DNA of 64,000 nucleotides, from assembly GCA_963707025.1 (NCBI GenBank), contig CAVPOM010000009.1, forward strand, positions 256,001 through 320,000, read 5' to 3'. This document shows, piece by piece, positions 47,934 to 59,279 of the stretch. The notes under the pieces were generated by a model. That model was not told the origin of the DNA. It searched no databases and saw only the letters and a list, made by a program, of their open reading frames with translations. How positions within the stretch are numbered: position 1 is the first letter of the stretch; every line of letters starts with the position of its first letter. The stretch is from an uncultured Verrucomicrobiae bacterium (GTDB taxonomy: Bacteria; Verrucomicrobiota; Verrucomicrobiia; Limisphaerales; Palsa-1400). Both the position numbers and the translations under genes were made by a program.

Positions 47934-48488
47934 ATGGCTTTAATGCAACCAGATCAGGCCAGAGCAAGGCCCGGATGCGAAACGATTGAGGAGCTGTTTG
48001 CCTCCCTCGAATCGCCCCTGTTGAGCTATGCCTTGCGCCTGGCCGGCGGGGTCGGCACGGCGGAGGACCTGGTGCAGGAAGCGTTTATGAAATTGCAGGC
48101 CCAGTTTAACGAAGTGCGCGAGCCGCGGCGGTGGCTTTACCGCACCGTCCACAACCTGGCCCTCAACCAGCGGCGCCGGGCCGGCAAGATCATTTCCCTG
48201 GACGCCAGCACCGCCGACGGCCCGGGCCAAGGGTGCGATCCCGCCGATCCCAAACCGCTGCCCGACGAGCAACTGGTCCGCATGGAGGGCATCGGCCTGG
48301 TGCGGCTCACCTTGGAAACGCTGGACGCGCGCAGCCGCGAACTGATCCGGCTCAAATTCAACGAAAACCTTTCTTACAAGGAAATGAGCGCGCGCACCGG
48401 CCTGACGACCGGCAATGTCGGTTACATCCTGCATTGCGCGCTCAAAAGCATGGCCGAAGAACTAGCCAGGAACGGAGTCGTGCCATGA
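47934..48488 (+). CDS. ECF RNA polymerase sigma factor
   Basis: AEDLVQEAF, WLYRTVHNLA, L..L..R.RELI.LKF.E.LSYKE....G...GNVGY. Confidence 0.93.
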   Translation: MALMQPDQARARPGCETIEELFASLESPLLSYALRLAGGVGTAEDLVQEAFMKLQAQFNEVREPRRWLYRTVHNLALNQRRRAGKIISLDASTADGPGQGCDPADPKPLPDEQLVRMEGIGLVRLTLETLDARSRELIRLKFNENLSYKEMSARTGLTTGNVGYILHCALKSMAEELARNGVVP

Positions 48489-48506
48489 AGCGCGGTGTTT
48501 CCCAGG

Positions 48507-48538
48507 AGATTAAGATTAAGAGTAAGAGTAAGAGTAGG
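48507..48538. repeat. Hexamer tandem repeat (AAGAKT)n
   Basis: agattaagattaagagtaagagtaagagtagg between sigma and anti-sigma genes. Confidence 0.75.
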
Positions 48539-48552
48539 AATGGAGGTTTGAC

Positions 48553-51500
48553 ATGAACCCCGAATTGCCCCCCGATAACCGCGCCGAGCTGGAGGCCAAA
48601 GTGACGGCCTTGCTCCTGGGCGAACTTACCGCCGAGGAAGCCGCCGCCTTGCGCCAGATGATGTCCCAGGATGCCGCGCTGGCCCAATTGCAGGAGCGGC
48701 TCAAGGCGACGCTGGCCCTGGTGCGCGAGACCGCCGCCACTTCCGCCGGCGAACTTTCCAAGCAACCCGCCCCGCTCAAACTCAGTCCCGCCCGGCGCGA
48801 AGCGTTGCTGGCGCATTTCAAAACGATAGCGCCCAAGGAGTTTGCCAAGCCGCGCCCCCGGGTGATTTCAAGGGTTGTGGAGTGGGCGGCTGTCGCCGCT
48901 ATTCTGTTGATATTGGCAGGAATGGTCTTGCCAAGCATGAGCGGCAGCAAGGCTAGATCCAAGGGCATGAGCGCCAGGATGTCCCTTGTGAATGGACGAG
49001 AAACGACGAGGTTTCCGGATGAGCCTCGACCCCAAGTGCAATCGAAGGGCGATTTCGCGGCCAGGGCCGGCGCAAACCTGTCCCGCTCGGTGAGTAGTGA
49101 GGGGTGGGTCGCCGCTCCAACCACCGCGAACCCCGCCTCACCACCCGCCATTCCGCCAACAACCCCCATTTACATGGGGAAAAGCGAGGAGAGCGGCGCC
49201 ACCGGCGCGGCGGAGCAGGGCGTGAAGCTGAATTTGCGCGGCGTCACCGTTGACAAGGCCCTGGATTTCCTGAGCGAGTCAGCGGGCCTTAACATCAACC
49301 GCCAGGCCAGCACCCAGGTTGGTGGAACGGTGGATTTGGTGAGTGAGACGCCGCTGACCAAGGACGAACTCGTTCCCTTTTACAACAAGGCCCTCGCCGA
49401 TAACGGCTTAACGGCCATTCAAGATAACAACACTCTGAACATCACGCGTCTTGAGGAGGCCCAAAATAACGTGGGAACTCCAGTCATCGTCCTCAACAAT
49501 TCCTTCGGGGATATTCCGCGAGATTCCCAAGTGGTGACAGAGGTGATTCCGGTTCACAGCCTCAATCCAGCTCAAGGGCTCAAGGATCTCAGCACTCCCG
49601 GTGCAGACAACCCATTCGCCTTATTTTTTGGTCGGGGTCGTGGCGGCGGTGGTGGTGGGGGCGGTGGTGGCGCTGCCAGCGCGAGCAGTACCTACCCACA
49701 ACAAGGCCAGGTCGCGCCGGTGGTATTCAACATTGATCCGATTTCAGGCAGTGTCATCTACATCACACCGGACAGTAACAACGAAGCCGTGGTGCAAGCC
49801 CTTCGGAATTTAGATCGGCCCAAACCAGCCGCGACGGTTGCGGGAAATGCTGCCACTAATGGATGGCCGGCCGGTGCGCCAACGATGGGCTTCTATGATG
49901 ATGATTCTTTGAACGGTCGTCCGGCCGGTGGCGGCGTTTATAGCATCAACGGGGTTGATGTCGTTCCGACAAACAGGAATCAGATATACTTTAATGATGG
50001 CAACCTGGATTTAAAGGCTCGTCCCCTTCAGGAGCAAATCGCCCAAAATGGAAAATCCTCCAGCACATCCAGCCAGCAAAATGCCTTAGTGATGCGGATG
50101 CAATCAGGTTCGCAATCCATGTCCTCCGCCACGCCGTCCGCCAACGGGCTTGGCGGCACCAGTGGCCTCGGCGGTGGTGGGTTTGGAGGCGGTGGTATTG
50201 GCGGTGGTGGCATTGGTGGCGGCGGCGGGACTGACTTGGGAGTGCAGGCGCCTTCCGCTCAGCCTGCAGGCATCCCACCAGCCGGTCTCGTCATCGAGGG
50301 TGTTCAACAAGGGGCGGGCGCTGGTGCCGTGGCGTCCAGCGATGGCAACACTGCTGGACGTGCCCGTGCGACTCGCGGCGGCCGTGGTGGCGCTCGTGGC
50401 GGCGGCAGGCGCGGTGGCGGCGGAGGAGGCGGAGGCAGCGGAGGCGGCGGGGGTTTTGTTGCGGGCGTCCCCACTGCGGCCAGCGCTCCCCCTACAACCT
50501 CGACCCCGGAACCTTCGCTTGGCGCGACGGTGCTGGCACTACGCCAGGCGCGTCAGGCCGCCGAAAACGGAAATGTCGCTGCGCCGCCCGCCAACCAAAG
50601 TGGCTCAGATAAGGAGGCCCTGGGACGCAACAGCAGTCTTGACTCCTACGCCGTCACCAACTTTGGCACTATCACTGATACCAAAACCGCCCCGGCAACC
50701 GAAAACGACTCCAAGGCGTTAGGCTTTTATTGGCGTCTAGGAAACGAGACTGTCAACAACGGCGCCGTAGGCGCCCAGGCTGGCACGGCGCCGCTTTTCA
50801 AAGGCGAGTTCGCCCTGGCCAATCCGTCGGGCATCTTCCCGGGAGCCGGAACGGCTGGCTCCAATCCCGGTCAAATTGCGCCCGCCGCGTCAGACAGCGT
50901 TCTCACCGGCGGAGTGAGAAAGCCGGCTCAGGCTGAGACAAATTTTGGTCGCGAAGAGCAAGCGGTCGCCGGTTCCTCCGTCGGGGAACCTCTGACAAGG
51001 TCACTCACTTTCTCGGCCACCGTTCCGCAGGAGTCCATCCAGCAGGCCCGTGTCGCTCCGACCAAACCCGCCGCGGCCGCCCCCAGCGATGTTGCCGTCC
51101 TCGGCGACCTTCCCGTCCTCGGAAAGCTTTTCAAGAAAGAAGCCGAAGCCGCTCCCGCCGCCACTCCTGCACCGCCGACCGCTGCTTTCCGCATGTCCCT
51201 CCAGGAGGCCGATGCGGCTCCGCCCAAACCCGCCTTTCCGCCTCCGACGCCGCAACCGGAAGTACCGACCCGCGACAATGCGTTCTCCACCTTCTCGCTC
51301 AACGTCAGCGATGTTTCCTTCAAGCTGGCGGCGGCGAGCCTGCAAAACGGTTCATTGCCGGATGCGTCCACCGTGCGGAGCGAGGAGTTCATCAACGCCT
51401 TCGATTATCGCGATCCCGAACCCGCTCCCAGCGCCGCCATCGGCTTTGCCTGGGAACGCGCGGGCTGGCCCTTCGCCCACAATCGCGACCTGCTCCGTTT

Positions 51501-52584
51501 CTCCGTAAAAACCGCCGCGCAGGGACGCCAGGCCGGCCGCCCACTGAACCTGGTTTTGCTCCTGGACAAATCCGGCTCGATGGAACGCGCCGACCGGGTG
51601 GCGATCATCCGCGAGGCCCTGCGTGTGCTGGCGTCGCAATTGCAGCCGCAGGACAAGCTCAGCGTGGTCGTGTTCGCGCGCACCGCCCGGCTGTGGGCGG
51701 ACGGCGTGTCCGGCAGCCAGGCCGGCGAACTGTTCGATGCCCTGGAGGCGCTCACCCCGGAAGGCGGCACCAATCTGGAAGAGGCGATGCGGCTGGCCTA
51801 CGAAGCCGTCTTCCGCCATTACCTGGCCAACGGCGAAAATCGGGTCGTCCTCCTCACCGATGGCGCGGCCAACCTGGGCGACGTGGAGCCGGAGAATCTG
51901 AAGAAGAACGTCGAGGCCAGCCGCACGCAAGGCATCGCGCTGGATTGTTTCGGCGTGGGCTGGGAAGATTACAACGACAATTTGCTGGAAGTCCTTTCCC
52001 GCGCCGGCGGAGGCCGCTACGGATTTATCAATATGCCGGAGGAGGCCGCAACGGGGTTCGCCGGACAACTGGCCGGCGCGCTCCGTGTCGCGGCATCGGA
52101 CGTGAAGGTGCAGGTCGAGTTCAACCCGGCCCGGGTGGCCTCCTGGCGGCAGATCGGTTACGCCAAGGACCAGCTCAAGAAGGAACAATTCCGCGACAAC
52201 ACCGTCAAGGCGGCGCAGATCGGCGCGGCGGAATCGGGCAACGCCCTTTACACGGTGGAAATAAATCCGGCGGGGGACGGCCCGGTTTGCACGGTGTATG
52301 TGCGTTATCGCGCGCCCGGCACGGCCACCTACTACGAACACGCCTGGGCCGTGCCTTACGACGGCGCGGCGGTCCCGTTGGATCAGGCCAGCCCGGCGAT
52401 GCGCCTGGCGGCGACCGCGACGGCGTTTTCGGAATGGCTGGCCACGAGTCCTTACGCCGGCGGAGTCACGCTGGACCAGTTGCTGGGCTATATGCGCGGC
52501 GTGCCGGAAATCTACGGCGCCGATGCGCGCCCCAAGCTACTGGAAACCATGCTTCGCGAGGCCAAAAGCATCACCGGCAAGTGA
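48553..52584 (+). CDS. Anti-sigma-like / secretin-fragment / YfbK-type vWA fusion protein
   Basis: N-terminal 'TALLLGEL..EE' anti-sigma-like helix, TM, Gly-rich linkers; C-terminal STFSLNV..SF, VRSEEFINAF, MIDAS DKSGSM, GGTN, LLTDG, DVKVQVEFNP, RQIGY. Confidence 0.85.
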   Translation: MNPELPPDNRAELEAKVTALLLGELTAEEAAALRQMMSQDAALAQLQERLKATLALVRETAATSAGELSKQPAPLKLSPARREALLAHFKTIAPKEFAKPRPRVISRVVEWAAVAAILLILAGMVLPSMSGSKARSKGMSARMSLVNGRETTRFPDEPRPQVQSKGDFAARAGANLSRSVSSEGWVAAPTTANPASPPAIPPTTPIYMGKSEESGATGAAEQGVKLNLRGVTVDKALDFLSESAGLNINRQASTQVGGTVDLVSETPLTKDELVPFYNKALADNGLTAIQDNNTLNITRLEEAQNNVGTPVIVLNNSFGDIPRDSQVVTEVIPVHSLNPAQGLKDLSTPGADNPFALFFGRGRGGGGGGGGGGAASASSTYPQQGQVAPVVFNIDPISGSVIYITPDSNNEAVVQALRNLDRPKPAATVAGNAATNGWPAGAPTMGFYDDDSLNGRPAGGGVYSINGVDVVPTNRNQIYFNDGNLDLKARPLQEQIAQNGKSSSTSSQQNALVMRMQSGSQSMSSATPSANGLGGTSGLGGGGFGGGGIGGGGIGGGGGTDLGVQAPSAQPAGIPPAGLVIEGVQQGAGAGAVASSDGNTAGRARATRGGRGGARGGGRRGGGGGGGGSGGGGGFVAGVPTAASAPPTTSTPEPSLGATVLALRQARQAAENGNVAAPPANQSGSDKEALGRNSSLDSYAVTNFGTITDTKTAPATENDSKALGFYWRLGNETVNNGAVGAQAGTAPLFKGEFALANPSGIFPGAGTAGSNPGQIAPAASDSVLTGGVRKPAQAETNFGREEQAVAGSSVGEPLTRSLTFSATVPQESIQQARVAPTKPAAAAPSDVAVLGDLPVLGKLFKKEAEAAPAATPAPPTAAFRMSLQEADAAPPKPAFPPPTPQPEVPTRDNAFSTFSLNVSDVSFKLAAASLQNGSLPDASTVRSEEFINAFDYRDPEPAPSAAIGFAWERAGWPFAHNRDLLRFSVKTAAQGRQAGRPLNLVLLLDKSGSMERADRVAIIREALRVLASQLQPQDKLSVVVFARTARLWADGVSGSQAGELFDALEALTPEGGTNLEEAMRLAYEAVFRHYLANGENRVVLLTDGAANLGDVEPENLKKNVEASRTQGIALDCFGVGWEDYNDNLLEVLSRAGGGRYGFINMPEEAATGFAGQLAGALRVAASDVKVQVEFNPARVASWRQIGYAKDQLKKEQFRDNTVKAAQIGAAESGNALYTVEINPAGDGPVCTVYVRYRAPGTATYYEHAWAVPYDGAAVPLDQASPAMRLAATATAFSEWLATSPYAGGVTLDQLLGYMRGVPEIYGADARPKLLETMLREAKSITGK

Positions 52585-52609
52585 CCATGAAACTGCGATA
52601 CGCATTCTT

Positions 52610-52705
52610 CAATCCCAAAGGGATTGCATCATGCAGCCCAGGGTTGGCCCGATTCCCAGAGGGACTACCCTGGGTGGCGGCATTTAAGCCCGACAACCCT
52701 GAAAG
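52610..52705. repeat. REP-like element (CCCAGGGT..ACCCTGGG hairpin)
   Basis: caatcccaaagggattg..gcccagggttg..ctaccctggg..caaccctgaaag. Confidence 0.55.
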
Positions 52706-52723
52706 AGACCTCTGCAAAACGCC

Positions 52724-52796
52724 TGTAGCGGCGGTCTATGACCGCCGCCATGCCGTTATTTCCCCTGGTTTGCGGCGGTCACAGACCGCCGCTACA
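52724..52796. repeat. Inverted GTAG-REP pair
   Basis: TGTAGCGGCGGTCTATGACCGCCG ... CGGCGGTCACAGACCGCCGCTACA. Confidence 0.85.
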
Positions 52797-52815
52797 TGAC
52801 CAATCAGTCAAATAT

Positions 52816-55800
52816 ATGAAAACACCCCTCGTTGCGCTTTGCGCTCTTTTGCTCGCCGGTTGTGTTGCAGGCGCCGGCTCCAAACCGGCGGGTTCTCCCG
52901 CGACGCCGGTCACGCTGACGGATTTCAAACTGGTGGGCAATCTCAGCGGCGACCTGGCCGACTTCACCCTCACCGCCACCGCGCATGTCGAGGACGCCCG
53001 GGGCGGCTCGCTCGATTTGCTCTCCGGCCCGGTCGCGCTCACCGCCATGGACACCAATCGCAACGAACACATCCGCGCCGACCACAATCATTTCTACCTG
53101 GCCTTTGACCGGCGCGGCGTCTTTCCCGTCAAGGTGCGGTTCAGCGCCGCCGTGCGCCAGGTGGACGGCTGGAACGCGCTGGATTTTCATGTCGCGCCCA
53201 GCGTGCTGCAGCCGGTGGTGCTGCAGGGACTGGCGGCGGAAACGCAATTCCAGTTCCCCGGCGCCGCCCGGCCCGACCGCAGCGGCAGCGACTTTCTCAG
53301 TTTCCTGCCCGCCGGCGGCGCGGTCAAATTTTCGTGGAAGGAAGTCCCGCCGGAAACGGAAGGCAAACTCTTCTTTTCCGCCGAGATGTGGTCGCAAGTC
53401 AACGTCCTGCCCGGCCTGATGCGCCAGGCCGCGCTGCTCAATTTCAAGGTCATGCAAGGCGAGCTGAACCGCGTCACCCTGCTGCTGCGCGGCGAGGGCG
53501 AAGTCACCCGCGTGCAGGGCGATCAAGTGCTGGCCTGGAATCCGCCCGAACCGGTGCCCAATTCCGCCGACCGCCGTCTGGTCATCCAGCTCAATCAGCC
53601 GCAGAAGGACCAGTTCGTCATCCTGGTGCAGATGCAGACGCCGCTGGGGGCGTTTCCGCAGACGGCGGACGTGCTGCAATTGCGGCCGGAGAACGCCACG
53701 CGCTTTGCCGGCTACTTCCGCATCGTCAACGAAGGGGCGGTGCGGCTGGAGGTGGCCCAGGCCAGCGGCGCCTCGCAAATCTCCCCCGATCAATTTCCCG
53801 AAAGCGACGCGACCCGGGCCATCTTCCGCGCCGCAGGGAACCAGCGCTTTGCCTACCGTTTTTCCGGGGCGGACTTCGCGCTGCGAATTCAGGCGGACCA
53901 GATTCTGCCGGAGCTGGCCGTGTCGGAACGTGCTGGCTTATCACCTCGGCGAAAACGAACTGGTGATTGACGCCGAAATCGAGCTGGACATCCGCGAGGC
54001 GCCCTTGCGCGAACTGCTGCTGCAAGCGTCCCCAAAGGCTACGCCATCGCCCGCCTCAGCGCCTCGGGCTTGAGCGATTATTTCCTCACCGAGCCGCCCG
54101 GCGACACGAATGCCGCGCTGCGGCTGGTTTATGGCCAGCCGGTCTCCGGCCGGCAGCTGGTGCAACTGCGCCTGGAACACAACCAGGCGCTGGGCGAGGC
54201 GCAATGGACGCTGCCCCGCCTGGAGGTTCCCAAAGCCAAGTCCGTGCGCGGCTACGTCGGCGTGTCGGCGGACCGGGCTTTCGCCTCACCGCCGGAACGC
54301 ACGCAGGGGCTGACCGAAATCGCCACCGCCTTTTTCCCGGCAAGCTGGCCGGCATCCAGGCGGCCTTCCGCCTGACGAGCGTGAGCGACTCGGCCTGGCA
54401 GGCGACCGTGCGCGTCGAACGCCTGCCGCAGACCGTGCAGGCCGACGGGCTGCATCTGTTTTCCATCGGCGAAGGCATCGCCTACGGCAGCAGCGTGATC
54501 AATTATGTCGTGTCCGGCGCGCCGGTGGCGGCGTTCAAGGTGGAATTGTCCGACGAGTATTACAACGTCGAGTTCACGGGCAAGGACATCCGCAACTGGC
54601 AGAAGACCAACGGCGGTTACGTGGTGCAATTGCACACGCCCGGTGTCCGGCGCTTACACGTTGCTGGCCACTTACGAGCGGCCGTTCAAGGCGCAGGGCG
54701 AGACGCTGGCCTTCACCGGCGCGCGTCCCGCTGGACGCCCAATCCGAGCAGGGCTACACCCTCATCATCAGCGCCTATCAGTTCCAGGTGAAGCCCGACC
54801 GAGGTTTCGCCCGGCCTGCTGCCGCTGGAGCCGGGCGAGGTGCCGCCCGAATACCGCCTCTTTTTCGACGCGCCCATTCTCGCGGCCTATCGCTACGCCT
54901 CGCGCCCGTTCGATTTGAAACTCGCCCTCCAGCCCGCTGGCGCAGGGCGATTCGCTCAGCCAGGTCGTGGACCGGGCCTCGCTTACCAGACCCGCATTTC
55001 CAAGGAAGGCCAGGCGCTGACCGACGTGCGCTACTTCGTCAAGAACCGCGGCAACCCCAACTTCCGCCTGACGCTGCCCCAGGGAGCGCAGTTGTGGTCG
55101 GCGTCCGTCAACGGCGCGCCCGCCGTGCCCGTCTCCGACGGCCAGGCCAGTCTGATTCCCCTGCCGCAGAGCGCCGACCCCAATGCCGTGCTGGAATTGG
55201 ATTTGAAACTGGCCTCCAAATCCGCCAATGCTGAAAAGGTCACGGTCAACGCCCCCATCGCTGACGCCCCGGTCATGCTGGCGGAATGGACCCTCGCGCC
55301 GGACCCCGGCCAGCGCCTGGTCTATCAGAGCGGCGACCTCCGGCCGGCGCGCGCCGCGCCGGACGTGTCGGGTTTTGCGCAACTGGCCCGCCTGTGGGAA
55401 GGACGTGGCACGGGGACCTGTTTGACGCTGCTGTGCGCCGTCCTGGTCTTGTTGACACTGGCGCTGGCGCTCCGCCGGGCGGCGCGCGCCGGCGCCGGCA
55501 AATATGGCGCGTCGCATCTTTGCATTTTGAGTTTGGGACTGATCGCCTTCGCCATTGTTCTGGGCTGCGCGGCGCAACTGGCGCAACTGGCCGGGGCCGC
55601 GCGGGGTTCGGCGCCCGCCGGCCTGGCCTTTCTCGCGCCGGTGCAACAGCCGGGCAGCGCCTTGCAGATCGCCGTGTCGAACCTCGCCGACAAGACTGCT
55701 TTGGCGGCCGTCCTGGGCTGGGGCTGGCCCGCGCTGGCCGCCCTCCTGCTCTGGGCAGGCGGATGGATGGCCGGCACGCCGCTGCAAAAACTGGCCGCTG

Positions 55801-58800
55801 CCGTCGTCGGCTGGACCCTGCTCGCCTGGGCGGCGCTCAGATTCCCGAACGGCGCGCCCGCCTTTTTTTGGATACTGCCGGCGTTTCTGGTGTGCCACGT
55901 CCTGTTCCCCGCTCTGCGCCAATTCTCCCGTTGGCCGCGCAAACCGGCGGCGGCCCCCACGGTGCCCTCCAGCGGGGCCGCGCCCGCCACCCTGGCGTTG
56001 CTGACTGCCGGCCTGTATTGGATGAGTTGCGGCCACGGACTGGTGCTGGGCGCGGAGGCCCCATCGGCCAAGTCCGCCCCCATTGCGGCCCCGGCCATTC
56101 CTGACTCCGTCACCCAGACCATCCGCGTGGAAGACAAACTGGCCCTGGCCACGGCCAAAATCCGCTGGCAGGCTCTCAAGGGCCAGGCCCTGCCGCTCCT
56201 CTCCGAGCCGGCGGTCTTGACGCATGTCGTGTTTCCAGCCCGCTCGCTCAAGCTCCAGCCGGCGCCGGCGGGCTCAAAATTCTCGCAACAAGTTGTGGCT
56301 CAGGAAAACGGGGTATTTGATCTCGAGGTGCAATACGAGATTCGCGTTTCGCCGGACCAGAGCGGAGCGGGCTTCGCCCTGCCGTCGCCCTATGGGTTGA
56401 TCAACCGCCTCAGTCTCACGGTCGTCAATCTCGATGTGGATGTGCTCTCGCCGCAGGCCGTTTCCATTAAATGCGACCACGCCACCAGCAACACGGTGGC
56501 GACTCTGATCTTGTCGCCGGCGGACAGCACGATTAGTTGGAGGCCGCGCAGCCGCGACGTCAAACGGGAGAAGCCGGTGTTTTACGCGGAGATGGCGCAA
56601 CTTTATGTGCCCTCGGGCGGGGTGGTCGAAGGCGCGCACGCCGTGTCCATTCGTCCGGCCCAGGGCGAACTGGCGGAACTGACTTTCGACGTGCCGCCCG
56701 GCGCCACCGTCACCGATGTGATTGATCCGGCGCAACCTGGCAACGGAGCGGCCGCGCCCGCGCCCGCCTGGCGCTTCGATCCGGACACGCGCAAGCTGCG
56801 CGTGGCCTTGAACCCGGCCCTCTCGCGGCCCTTCGCCCTGCTCATCCGCTCCCAGGTCGCCACCGGCCCGCTGCCGTATGCGCAATCACTGGGTTTGGTC
56901 ACGGTGGATAACGCGGCGGGTCAGATTGTCGGCAGGCCGGCATCGCCACCAGCGATGAAGTCCAACTGGACACCGTCACCGCCAACTCCTTGTCGCCCAT
57001 CAACCTGGAGGATTTCCCCATGGATGCCGCCTCCGCCTTTCGGGGTCAAATTCCGGGACTGACTCTGCGCCGCGCCTTCCGTTACTCCGACGCGGGGGCC
57101 ACCGCTCAGCTTGAACGCTTCGGCGGTCGAACCGGATGTGCGCGTGGAAACCAGGGACACCTTGTCGCTGGGCGAGGACCACACCACGCTGGCGGACAGT
57201 TTCACCGTGGACATCACACGGGCGGGCATATTCCGCTTGAGTTTTCGTCATGCCGGCAGACTTTGACGTGGATTCCATCAGCGGCGCGGCCTTGAGCCAG
57301 TGGACGGAGTTAAAAACCGAGGCCGGGCGCGTCATCACCCTGCACCTTTCCGGCAAGACCCAGGGCCGCCAGGAATTTGCCATCAGCCTGGCCGGCCCGG
57401 GCGTGAAAACCGCCCAGGGCTGGAAGGTGCCCGCAAGTGGTCCTGCGCGAAGCCAACAAGCAGCGCGGCACCCTGCTGATTGTGCCCGAGCAAGGCATGC
57501 GCCTGCAGGCCGCCGCCCGCGAAGGCTACACCCAACTGGACCCGCAGAAATCCGGCATCCGCCAAAAAGGGGTGCTGGCCTTCAGCCTGTTGCAGACGCC
57601 CTCCAACCTCACGCTGGACATTGAGCAGGTGGACCCGTGGATCGAGGTCACCAGCCTGCAACACGCCGCCGTCAGCGAAGCCCAGGTCAAGATCGCCGCC
57701 AATCTGCAGTATCAGATCAAAAATGCCGGCCTGAGGAGCTTTCGCGTCTTCCTTCCCGTCAATGCCGAGAGCGTCCGCTTCCAGGGCGAGCAGGTTGCCG
57801 ATTTTCTCAAGACGACCAACGCCCCCGCCAATGGCTTGCAGGAATGGGAAGTCAAGCTGGACCGCCGCGTCATCGGGCAGTACTTGCTGCAAGCCACTTA
57901 TCAAACCCCCATCCCCGACCAGGCGGCGGAGGCGGTCCTGTGGGGCGTGCAGGCCGCCGAGGTCAATCTGCAGCGCGGTTTCGTTACCGTCCAATCCGAC
58001 CGCCGCCTGCAGGTGACGGTGGACCATCTGCCCGCCGCCTTGCAACTGGCCGAATGGCAGAGCATTCCGCGCCTGCTGGAAAAGGACCTCGGCTCCGTTT
58101 CCGCCAGCCTGACCTACCGGCTGCTGGAGCCGGGCTTCCAACTCCCCTTGAAACTCCAGCGCCATGAGGCCGCCAGGCTGCTCCCCGCCCACGTCAACAA
58201 TATCACCTTCAATTCCGTCATCTCCGACGACGGCGTCATGCTCACCCAGGCCCGCCTGGAAATCCTGCCCGGGGACAAGCGCCTCCTCAGCCTCACCCTG
58301 CCCAAGGACGCCGGCTTCTGGTTCGCGTTCGTCAACGACAACGGGGTCTGGCCGTGGCGCGAACAGACCAGCATCCTGATCCCCCTGGAGCAGCAGTCGC
58401 ATGGCGACAAGCCGATCAGCGTGGAAGTTTTCTACGAATGCCGCGCCGGCCTGGCGGGAGCGGACTCGCTGCATTTGGAATTGCTCGCGCCCAAATTCGA
58501 TTTGCCCCTGGAAAACATCACCTGGCGCGTTGCGCTGGGCGACAAATGGCAGGTCAAACATTGGAGCGGCTCACTCCAATTGCAGGCCCAGGAAGCTCAA
58601 ATCGCCCGCGGCGGCGCTGGACCCGCAAATCTATCTCCAGACGCAAAACAGCCTGCGCCTGGCGCGCACCGAGGAGGCGCGCGAGGTTTTCGACCTGGGC
58701 AACAGTTCCCTGGTCAAGGGCAATCCCCAGCAGGCCCGCCGCGCCTTCCAAGCCGCTTACGGCCTCTCCACCCACGACGCCGCCTTCAACGAGGACGCCC

Positions 58801-59279
58801 GCGTGCAACTGCACAACATCAAGCTGCAGCAGGCCCTCATCGGCCTGAACGTCCGCCAGTCCGCCGCGGCGGGCGACGCCGGCGCGCTGGGCGGCAAGCT
58901 GCGCGATCTGCGCAGCCGCCCGGAGCTGAATTACACCCAGCAGGACGCCAAAGACATCCTTGACAACAACAGCGCCGACGAAAACGCCGCCTTCACGCGC
59001 CTGGCCGAGAAACTCATCCAGCAGCAGGACGCCGCCGTCAGCCACCCGGCCGGCATCCGCGCGAGCATTCCCGAACAAGGCCGCGTGCTCACCTTCCAGC
59101 GCGCCGTGGCGGTGGAAGAGCGGGCCGATTTGAACCTCCGGCTCGACGCTTCCATTGTGCCCGCCGCCTCCGTGGGGATCCGGCTGCTCATCCTGGCCGG
59201 CACCCTCCTCGGCTTCGTCCTTTTCGCCCTGGCTCTGCTCTCCCTGCGCCCCGTCGGCGAGGAACCAACTGCTTCTTAA
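52816..59279 (+). CDS. Giant (~2150 aa) lipoprotein/integral membrane protein, split by multiple probable sequencing frameshifts
   Basis: Lipobox LLAGC; overlapping ORF fragments (52738, 53705, 54070, 53967, 54505, 54840, 56990, 57250, 57437, 58401) continue one protein-like sequence; central TM bundle ~55400-56050 and C-terminal TM. Confidence 0.75.

Noticed and set aside
48553..52584. Functional full-length secretin
   Set aside because: No continuous beta-barrel secretin domain; only N-domain-like blocks and one short C-terminal motif, followed by vWA
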